From: Vicinamibacteria bacterium
Lineage (GTDB): Bacteria > Acidobacteriota > Vicinamibacteria > Marinacidobacterales > Marinacidobacteraceae
Direction of reading: 5' to 3'
NCBI GenBank assembly: GCA_963668695.2
Contig: CAXXLQ010000004.1
Span: forward strand, 3,712,001-3,776,000
Length of the DNA: 64,000 nucleotides
Position numbers and translations under genes: made by a program. Below, piece after piece: positions 29,968-37,604 of the stretch. The notes below the pieces were generated by a model, which worked only from the letters and a program-made list of their open reading frames with translations, made no database searches and was not told the origin of the DNA. Numbering within the stretch: position 1 is the first letter of the stretch; each line of letters opens with the position of its first letter.

Positions 29968-32937
29968 ATGCCGCTCCATGGCGCCCTCTCGCCGGCGTTC
30001 GCCGATCTGGTCGGGTTCCAGATTCGCGAAGTTCTCTTCGTGCTGAGTCACTACGACTCGTTCATCCTCGCCGAGGACGGCCAGCTCGACGACCGGGTTC
30101 TTTCCGGGTTCCTCGATCTGAACCTGAGGACCCTGCCGAGCGTGACGCAGGTCGAGTCGGGGACCGAGGCCCTCGATCGCCTCGCCCGGGCGCCGGACCG
30201 TTTCCAACTGGTGATCGGCTCGCCGGATCTCGGTGACATGGACATCGGGACGTTCGCGCATCGGCTCCGCCACGCCGGCCGGGAGACGCCGGTCACGCTC
30301 TTCGGGTACGACACCCGCACGGTGCGCGAGTACCTGGCGCGCCACCATGGCCGCGACCTCGAAAAACCCTTCGTCTGGCAAGGGGACGTCGGGATCTTCC
30401 TGGCGATCGTGAAACAGATCGAGGACCGCCGGAACGCACCCCAGGACACGGGCAAACTCGGAGTTCCCGCCATCCTGCTGATCGAGGACAGCATCCGCTA
30501 CTACTCCTCGTTCCTTCCGGTGGTGTACCAGGCGGTCTTCGAGCAGACCCGGAAACTCATCCCGGAAGGGCTCAGCCTCACGGAGAAATTCGACCGGATT
30601 CGCCGCCGGCCGAAGATCCTGCTCTGCGACGATTACGAGGAGGCGTGGGATTCCTTCACGGCCTTCCCGGACCAGATCCTCGGGGTGATCTCGGACGTCG
30701 AATTCCCGCGCGAGGGCCGGCCGGACCCGCAGGCCGGAGAACGGTTCGTCGCCGCCATGCGGCGGATGCGCCCGGACATCCCGGCGATCCTGCACTCCCG
30801 GCGTCCGGAAAATGAAGCGCTCGCCCGGGAGGTAGGCGCCGACTTTCTGCTGAAGGGCTCGCGGGACCTCCTTCGCCGGATCCGGGGCCTGATGCGCGAC
30901 CGGTTCCATTTCGGCGACTTCGTGTTCCGGGGGTCCGACGGGACGGAAGTCGCGCGCGCCGCCGATCTGGATTCGTTCGAACGGGTGATCGGCTCCGTGC
31001 CGCACGAGGTACTGGTGCAGCACGCCCGAAACAACGAAATCTCCCACTGGCTGATGGCGCGGGGGGAACTGGAGCTGGCCCGCCGGCTCCGCGAAGTGCG
31101 CATCAGCGACTACGGCCCGGGCGACCACATGGGACGCGATGTGGCCCGACGGCTTCAAAAGCGCAGGCAGGAGCGGACCCGCGCGGTAGTGGCCGACTTC
31201 CCTCGCGAGGGTTTCGATCCGGGCGCCCCCTTCCTCCGCATCGGGAGCGGCTCCGTGGGCGGCAAGGCTCGCGGCCTCGCGTTCACCAACTCGGTACTCG
31301 CCCGGTCCGGAATCCAGGAACGCCATCCGGACACGATCATCGCCGTGCCCCAGGCGGTCGTGCTGGCGACCGGGATCTTCGACAGCTTCATGGAGGAGAA
31401 CGACCTCCTTTCCTTCGCGCTCGAGGTCACGAGCGAGGCCGAACTACGGGAGCGCTTCGACCAGGCGCACTTCCCCGAGGAGGCTTGGCGGGATCTCCGC
31501 CGATTCCAGGAGCAGGTGCGCTACCCGCTTGCGGTCCGGTCGTCGAGCCTGCTCGAAGACTCGCCCTACCAGCCTTTCTCGGGGGTGTACGAGACCGTCC
31601 TGGTGGCGAACCAGGAGGAAACGGCGCGAGGACGTCTGGACGCCCTGGCGAGGGCCATCAAGCAGGTGTATGCCTCGCTGTTCCTGCCGCGGGTCCGCAG
31701 CTTCCTCGACACCACTCCCTACCGCCAGGAAGAAGAAAAGATGGCGGTCATTCTCCAGCGGGTCGTGGGCCTGCCCCACGGGCGGCGCTTTTACCCGGAC
31801 ATCGCCGGAACCGCCAGATCACAGAACTTCTATCCCACCCCACCGCTCGGCGCCGGGGACGGCATTGCGACGGTCGGACTCGGACTCGGCGAGCAGATCA
31901 CGAGCGGCGGACCGGCGGTCCGTTTTTCGCCGCGCCATCCCCACCACCGCCTGGGCCACCGGAGCGCCGAAGATGCCTGGCGCAATTCGCAGAGCGAGTT
32001 CCTCGCGGTGGATCTCGACGCCGAGCCTTCAGCCGGAGTCGCGGGAGCGCCGCCGCTCCGGGCGGGCTCGCTCGCCGATGCGGAGGCCGACGGCGTGCTG
32101 GGGTTGCTCGCCTCAACCTGGTCCAAGGACTCGGGCACTCTGCACGACGGCATCTCACGACCGGGGAGCCGGCTGCTGACACTCGCTCCACTGCTCAGGA
32201 TGCCCGACGTGTTCCCGCTCGCCGAAATCCTCACCGAGCTCCTCGAGCTGGCGGAAGAGGCCTGCCGCGCTCCGGTGGAGCTGGAGTTTGCGGCCAACCT
32301 TTCGGTTCCGCGGGGAAGCCCCCGCGAATTCGGATTCGTCCAGTTGCGGCGCCTCCAGCGGACCCGCGAGCCACCGCCGGCGGAGGCGACCGCCGTCGCG
32401 AGCGGGGAGGGTGTCCTCTGCCGGAGTTCCCAGGTGCTTGGTCACGGGCAGATCGAAGGCATCCATGACCTCGTCGTCGTCCATCGGGATACCTTCGACC
32501 GGCTGAAGAGCCGGGAGGTGGCCCGCGATGTCGCCCGGCTCAACAGCCGCCTCCAGCGCGAGAATCGTCCCTATGCGCTCATCGGCGTGGGGCGCTGGGG
32601 ATCACGGGACCGCTTCCTCGGGATTCCGGTTACCTGGGAGCAGGTGAGCGGCGCCCGGGTCATCGTGGAAGCCGGGTTCCGGGATCTCATCGTCACGCCT
32701 TCGCAGGGGACCCACTTCTTCGACAACCTGGTCTCGAACGGGATCGGCTACTTCACCGTGAACCCCGAGCGCGGTGACGGCGTCCTCGATTGGGACTGGC
32801 TGGGTAGCCAGCCCGCGCTCTGGGAGAGCGGCCCCGTCCGCCACTTGCGTCTCCGCTCGCCCCTCCGGGTGCGCATGCAGGGAGGCCAGAGCGACGGCTG
32901 GATCCTGAAGGAATCTCCCGACGGACCGGGTGACTGA
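29968..32937 (+). CDS. PEP/pyruvate-binding (PEP synthase N-terminal-like) protein with degenerate receiver domains
   Basis: YDSFILAEDG, GSVGGKARGLAF, LAVRSSSLLED, SQGTHFF; divergent from gdhA. Confidence 0.85.
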   Translation: MPLHGALSPAFADLVGFQIREVLFVLSHYDSFILAEDGQLDDRVLSGFLDLNLRTLPSVTQVESGTEALDRLARAPDRFQLVIGSPDLGDMDIGTFAHRLRHAGRETPVTLFGYDTRTVREYLARHHGRDLEKPFVWQGDVGIFLAIVKQIEDRRNAPQDTGKLGVPAILLIEDSIRYYSSFLPVVYQAVFEQTRKLIPEGLSLTEKFDRIRRRPKILLCDDYEEAWDSFTAFPDQILGVISDVEFPREGRPDPQAGERFVAAMRRMRPDIPAILHSRRPENEALAREVGADFLLKGSRDLLRRIRGLMRDRFHFGDFVFRGSDGTEVARAADLDSFERVIGSVPHEVLVQHARNNEISHWLMARGELELARRLREVRISDYGPGDHMGRDVARRLQKRRQERTRAVVADFPREGFDPGAPFLRIGSGSVGGKARGLAFTNSVLARSGIQERHPDTIIAVPQAVVLATGIFDSFMEENDLLSFALEVTSEAELRERFDQAHFPEEAWRDLRRFQEQVRYPLAVRSSSLLEDSPYQPFSGVYETVLVANQEETARGRLDALARAIKQVYASLFLPRVRSFLDTTPYRQEEEKMAVILQRVVGLPHGRRFYPDIAGTARSQNFYPTPPLGAGDGIATVGLGLGEQITSGGPAVRFSPRHPHHRLGHRSAEDAWRNSQSEFLAVDLDAEPSAGVAGAPPLRAGSLADAEADGVLGLLASTWSKDSGTLHDGISRPGSRLLTLAPLLRMPDVFPLAEILTELLELAEEACRAPVELEFAANLSVPRGSPREFGFVQLRRLQRTREPPPAEATAVASGEGVLCRSSQVLGHGQIEGIHDLVVVHRDTFDRLKSREVARDVARLNSRLQRENRPYALIGVGRWGSRDRFLGIPVTWEQVSGARVIVEAGFRDLIVTPSQGTHFFDNLVSNGIGYFTVNPERGDGVLDWDWLGSQPALWESGPVRHLRLRSPLRVRMQGGQSDGWILKESPDGPGD

Positions 32938-32964
32938 CGGGGGCGACTGAGCGCCGTCCGTCGG

Positions 32965-33129
32965 GGGAAGATCAGCCTCTACGGGAGGAGCAGTCCCTTC
33001 GGGGAAGATCAGCCCCTACGGGAAAATCAGCCCCTACGGGAAAATCAGCCCCTACGGGAAAATCAGCCCCTACGGGAAAATCAGCCCCTACAGCCCCTAC
33101 GGGAAGACGAGCCCCTACGGGAAGATCAA
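32965..33129. repeat. 18-bp tandem repeat derived from the transporter's last codons and stop
   Basis: GGGAAAATCAGCCCCTAC x4 exact (33020-33091) plus degenerate flanking copies. Confidence 0.88.
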
Positions 33130-34737
33130 ATAGATCGCCGCGATCGCCGCCAGCGCGAGGCCGCCCTTCCAGAAGACTCCCGGCAGCGGCGTCAGATCGA
33201 CCCCGGTGACCGGGGCCGGCGGTTCGTAGACGACCGTGCGGGGCCAGCGCCACGCGGCGAGCGCGAGTCCCGCCACCAGAATCAGGAAACTGATCCCCAT
33301 GTGGTGGAGGAAGGCGGTCTCGGGCCAGCCGAGCCGCAGGGCGGCATAGATCGGAATCCCTCCCAGCAGCCCGGCCCGCGCGGCGAACGCCGGGATCCGG
33401 GTCGACACCACTCCGGCGAAGAAGACCGCGACGATCCCGGGGGTGACGAAGCCCCAGACCGTCTGGATGTACCGGAACACGCCGGGGAATCCACCGATCA
33501 GGGGCGCCCAGAGGCAGGCGGCGATCACGAAGACGGTGGAGGCGACGCGAGCGATCCGAACCGAGGAAACGCCCCCGTCTGCCTCCGGACTCCGGCTCCG
33601 GCGGAAGAGACGGTGGTGCACGTCGAGCGCGTACATCGTGGAAGCCGAGTTCAGCATCGAATTGAAGGAACTCATGATCGCCCCCGCGAGCGCGGCGAGC
33701 AGCACCCCACGGAGCGCCGGCGGGACAAGTTCCCGAACCAGCACCGGATACGCCTGATCGGGATGGACGATCTGGTCGCCGTAGAGCTGCATCGCGAGGA
33801 TGCCGGGGAAGCAGATCAGGAACGGCACCAGGATCTTGAGCCAGGCCGCGAAGATGATCCCCCGCTGGCCCTCGGCGAGGCTGCTGGCGGCGAGCGTGCG
33901 CTGGATGATGAACTGGTTCACCCCCCAGTAGAAGAACTGCGCGATCCAGAGCCCGCCGATGAATACTGCGGTCCAGGGAACCTCCGGATGGTCGGCGGGC
34001 AGGATCGTGTGCAGCCGGTCCTCGTTCTCCGCAAGAAATCGCGCGGCGCCGGCCAATACACCGTCGTCCCCGCCGAGCTCCGAGAAGCCGAGCCAGAGCA
34101 CCATCGCCCCGCCGGCGAGGATCGCGATCCCCTGGATGAAGTCGGACCAAACGACCGCCCTCAGTCCGCCGTAGATCGTGTAGACGCTGGCCAGCAGACC
34201 GATACCCCACACCCCCAGCAAGGTGGCCGCTAACTCCGCGGCAGCGGGGGAAAGCCCCAACAGGTTCCCGAGGATTTCGGGCAGCAGGAAGATGGCGTTC
34301 AGCGCCACCGCCCCGGCGTAGAGCACCGTCGCCATTGCGACGAACACGGTGGCGGCCGTGAGGAGGGCGGCGAGGATGGTCCGGCTCCCCCGGTCGTATC
34401 GCCGCTCCAGGAACTCCGGCATGGTGAACACGCCGCTCTTCAGGTAGCGGGGCAGCAGAAACCACCCGATGACGATGAGGGCCGCCGCCGCCGTCCACTC
34501 GTAGCTGGCGATCGCAAGGCCGATGTCGGTGGCCGCCGACCCGGACATCCCGACGAAGTGCTCGGTCGAGATGTTGGTCGCAACGAGCGACATCCCGATG
34601 GCCCAACCACCGAGGTTCCGGCCGGCGAGGAAGTACCCCTCCGCCGTTCGCCGTCCGCGCGACGCCCGCAGAGAAACGAAGACCACGGCCCCGAGGAAGA
34701 GGACGAAGGTCAGCAGATCGGTGGTGGAGAGCGGCAT
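33115..34737 (-). CDS. Sodium:solute symporter (SSS family, sugar-type)
   Basis: YFLAGR, ATNISTEHFVGMSG, TMPEFLERRY, YTIYGGLRAVVWSD, YWGVNQFIIQRTLAA. Confidence 0.95.
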   Translation of the reverse strand: MPLSTTDLLTFVLFLGAVVFVSLRASRGRRTAEGYFLAGRNLGGWAIGMSLVATNISTEHFVGMSGSAATDIGLAIASYEWTAAAALIVIGWFLLPRYLKSGVFTMPEFLERRYDRGSRTILAALLTAATVFVAMATVLYAGAVALNAIFLLPEILGNLLGLSPAAAELAATLLGVWGIGLLASVYTIYGGLRAVVWSDFIQGIAILAGGAMVLWLGFSELGGDDGVLAGAARFLAENEDRLHTILPADHPEVPWTAVFIGGLWIAQFFYWGVNQFIIQRTLAASSLAEGQRGIIFAAWLKILVPFLICFPGILAMQLYGDQIVHPDQAYPVLVRELVPPALRGVLLAALAGAIMSSFNSMLNSASTMYALDVHHRLFRRSRSPEADGGVSSVRIARVASTVFVIAACLWAPLIGGFPGVFRYIQTVWGFVTPGIVAVFFAGVVSTRIPAFAARAGLLGGIPIYAALRLGWPETAFLHHMGISFLILVAGLALAAWRWPRTVVYEPPAPVTGVDLTPLPGVFWKGGLALAAIAAIYLIFP

Positions 34738-34809
34738 GCGGCCCGGGGATTGTGAGGCAACTCAGGGTCGAGCGACCCGCTGCCGGGGCTTCTCCCCCTG
34801 TTGGTCACG

Positions 34810-35120
34810 TCAAGAGCAGAAGCAAGGGCAAGCCCCGCCAGCGGATCGCCCGGCGCTTCGCGCCGGGCTTTCGAAGTGCGGCGAGAGCCGTACGGAGACC
34901 CCGGAGCGGGAGGGGTTGGAGTCGGGGGACCCGACTCCCAGCCGCTCCTGGCTCGGGAATCGCAACTCCCTTGCGCGCCTTCGGCGCACGGCGGCGAGTT
35001 CCGATTCGTCATTGCCGATTGTGAAAGGGGGTGACGCCTGGGGTGACCCCCTTTCACACTTTCCCCCGAAATCGCCGGCAGCGAACCAAGTTCGCTGCCA
35101 TTGGTTTTGTCGCACGCTCG
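34810..35120. other. Hairpin-rich non-coding element (possible IS-end remnant or structured RNA)
   Basis: Stems at 34848-34868, ~34902-34948, 35020-35058 and 35077-35099; ends TTTTGTCGCACGCTC. Confidence 0.4.
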
Positions 35121-35254
35121 ACAGTACGCCGGTCTTTCAGAGAGTGCGCCCCGAGATAGGAGCACCGGGCAGTTCTCCCGGTGGCCTACAGACCGGCATC
35201 GCTCCCCGCAGGGGAGCGAAACGCAACGCGCCCGCTCGCGCGAACCGTGGGCAG

Positions 35255-36418
35255 CTACCCGAACGCCCCGCTGATCAGCCGCGACCCACCCACAAACGTC
35301 CCGATGACGCTGCCGATCGTCGGCAAAATGAGCGCCAGCGCGATCTTGAGCGCCCGGTTCCGGAACCAGCGCCGGGGAACCAGCGCGTCCGCCTTCAGCT
35401 CCCGCAGCTCGAACACCCGCGGTGGCCGGACCCAGGCCTGGACGAACGCGGTGACGTAGCCGGCCCCCATGACCGGGGTAAGACTCGTGAACGGGGCGCA
35501 CAAGAAAGCCGCCAGCACCGTAAGCGGGTGCGCGAGCGCCAGCACGGCTCCGATCGCCGCCGGGATCGAGTTCACCGCGATCCAGAAGAGCGCACCGTCG
35601 GAGGCGGCGTCCGCCCCCCGCACCGCCCAGGTCCAGCCCAGCGTCCCCAAAATGACGATCGGAATGGCGAGCCCGATGATCCGGCCGGCCTTCCCCGGCG
35701 GCGGAACCCGGGCCAGCGGTGCGGTGGAGACCTCTTCCGAACGGAGCAAAGTGCGCTCAACGCCGTCGAGATGCCCCGCCCCGATCACCACCACCAGACG
35801 GCCTCCCGGAACCGCCTTCACCGCCTCGCCGATCCAGGTGTCCCGTTCGTCGATGACTACTTCCTTGAGGGTGGGAAACGCTTCCCCCAGTTCGCTCACG
35901 AGCCGCGACACCACGTCCCCGGAGAGCAGCTCTTCGATGTCCTCCTTCGTCGGCTCGTCGGCGCTCCCCGATTCGAGACCCCCGGCGAGCAGCTTGACCT
36001 TCTGCCAGAAACTGGCCCGCCTCCACACCCGAAGGAGGGTGATTCGTACCTGGCGGTCCACCAGATGGACCTTCGCCCCCACATCTTCGGCAGTCTTCGC
36101 CGCTTCCCGGAGTTCGGCGCCCGGCTCGACGCCGAGCCGGAGCCCCATCCGCGCCTGCCAGGCGCCGAGCGCCACCCCGGCGAGCAGCGGCAGGAGCTTC
36201 CGCTCCCGGACGACCTGCTTCAGGTCGAGCCGCTCGATGGCCCCCGGGTCCATAAGCGCCTGGTAGCGGTCGCCGTCCAGCTCGATGCACACCCCGTCGG
36301 GCTGCTCGCGCTCGATGGTCTCCCGCACGAGGCGCACGGAGTCCGGAGAAATGTGGGCCGTTCCCACCAGCACCACCTCGCGCTCCTCCGGCCAGTCGGG
36401 ACGGCGGAGACGGCGCAC
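35255..36418 (-). CDS. TraB/PrgY/GumN family membrane protein
   Basis: LVGTAHIS, VCIELD, PGAE, LVDRQVRITL, IDERD, VIGAGH, APFTSLTP. Confidence 0.9.
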   Translation of the reverse strand: MRRLRRPDWPEEREVVLVGTAHISPDSVRLVRETIEREQPDGVCIELDGDRYQALMDPGAIERLDLKQVVRERKLLPLLAGVALGAWQARMGLRLGVEPGAELREAAKTAEDVGAKVHLVDRQVRITLLRVWRRASFWQKVKLLAGGLESGSADEPTKEDIEELLSGDVVSRLVSELGEAFPTLKEVVIDERDTWIGEAVKAVPGGRLVVVIGAGHLDGVERTLLRSEEVSTAPLARVPPPGKAGRIIGLAIPIVILGTLGWTWAVRGADAASDGALFWIAVNSIPAAIGAVLALAHPLTVLAAFLCAPFTSLTPVMGAGYVTAFVQAWVRPPRVFELRELKADALVPRRWFRNRALKIALALILPTIGSVIGTFVGGSRLISGAFG

Positions 36419-36438
36419 CAGCGGGGGGCCTGGTGAAG

Positions 36439-36990
36439 TCAGTCGGAACTCCGGTCGGACGCCAGACGTCCTTCGTCGTCAACCAGCCGCACCCGGATCG
36501 GAAGGGAGTCGCTCCACTTCCAGAGGACGAGGTTCCGGTCGTCGTCACCGGGATTGCCAGAGAGATCGTCTGCCTGCGGCAACCCGACGGGAACGAAACT
36601 CGGGACGAGCATTCCTGCATAACCCTGAGCGATCAGGCGCTCGGCGAGCTGCTGCGAATCCGGGATACCCCCTCCCAGCATGCGCCGCTCCCAATCTGGA
36701 CAGTCCAGGTCGGCGGCCGATGCTCCCGCGGCGGCCAAAGTCGAGGCATCCGTTGCGTCGAAAACGGGTTCCACGCTCACATCGTACGAACAGAGAAGGA
36801 CCGGCTGGAGGGGGAACAAAGGCTGGCTCACTTCCCGAAGGGCGCCGAACAACAAGAGGGCGGTGTAGAAGGCCGACGTCCCCTGCCGGTTGAATCGTCC
36901 ACCGCGACGACGGGCGCCTTCGCCCGACAGCGGGTCGTCCCATGCCCACCGCGGCTTGTGCGCCCGGTACACATAGCCGCGGAACCGCAC
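36439..36990 (-). CDS. RES-domain toxin (MbcT/ParT-like)
   Basis: YRAH..W..PLSGEGARRRGGRFN, FYTA, ALREV, GMLVPS, NLVLW. Confidence 0.88.
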   Translation of the reverse strand: MRFRGYVYRAHKPRWAWDDPLSGEGARRRGGRFNRQGTSAFYTALLLFGALREVSQPLFPLQPVLLCSYDVSVEPVFDATDASTLAAAGASAADLDCPDWERRMLGGGIPDSQQLAERLIAQGYAGMLVPSFVPVGLPQADDLSGNPGDDDRNLVLWKWSDSLPIRVRLVDDEGRLASDRSSD

Positions 36991-36994
36991 GACG

Positions 36995-37345
36995 TCAGGC
37001 GAAACCGCCGTCCATCACCCGGTCGAGGTGGGCATGGACCCAGTCCGCGTGACCATCCTGAACAAGCCGCTGCGGCGTCATCCCATCGAAGCCGGAAAGC
37101 GGCTGGGCGCGGAACCACGCGTACGCAGCGAGCGGTGACCCGCTGTATTCGGAAACCCGCTGGACGATCTCCATCATCTGACGAAGCCGGATCTGGGTCT
37201 TGACGGCCCCCACGCGGGCCTTGCGCGAAAGGGCGTCGCGCGGCAGGCCGAGGGTGTCGGCGATCTCCGCCCGGGTCGTGCGGAGCGCCTTGGCGATGAG
37301 CGCCGGAGAGAACTGGTCGTTCTCGACGAACTCCTGAATCTGCAT
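36995..37345 (-). CDS. Xre/MbcA/ParS-type antitoxin
   Basis: HTH, then AYAWFRAQPLSGFDGMTPQRLV..GGFA; GGAGG RBS. Confidence 0.88.
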   Translation of the reverse strand: MQIQEFVENDQFSPALIAKALRTTRAEIADTLGLPRDALSRKARVGAVKTQIRLRQMMEIVQRVSEYSGSPLAAYAWFRAQPLSGFDGMTPQRLVQDGHADWVHAHLDRVMDGGFA

Positions 37346-37425
37346 GGGTGCCTCCGCCGAATGCCACTCGGATTCACGCATTCTAGCGTGATTCTGAGTG
37401 TAATAACCCGACAGGCACGGCTTAA

Positions 37426-37604
37426 CAGCCTGTGGCAAAACCCACGCGGCGTTCGACCGGCGATCCATCCCGGCTGAACCACTCCGCTTCGCTGCGTTCT
37501 GCGTTGCGTTTCGGTCGAAATACACCCGGTATTCCTCCCTCACGCGCCTTGTCAGCCGGGCGCCTCGCCGGTCTCGGCGCTCACGTGAGTTTCACCACAG
37601 GCTG
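37426..37604. mobile_element. MITE copy 4 (179 bp) with perfect TTAA target duplication
   Basis: TTAA|CAGCCTGTGG...CCACAGGCTG|TTAA; right flank contains the stop codon of the PIG-L gene. Confidence 0.9.

Noticed and set aside
37346-37543. MREEYRVYFDRN.. extension and similar small ORFs at 7477, 28148 and 58413
   Set aside because: These are translations of the MITE sequence, not genes.
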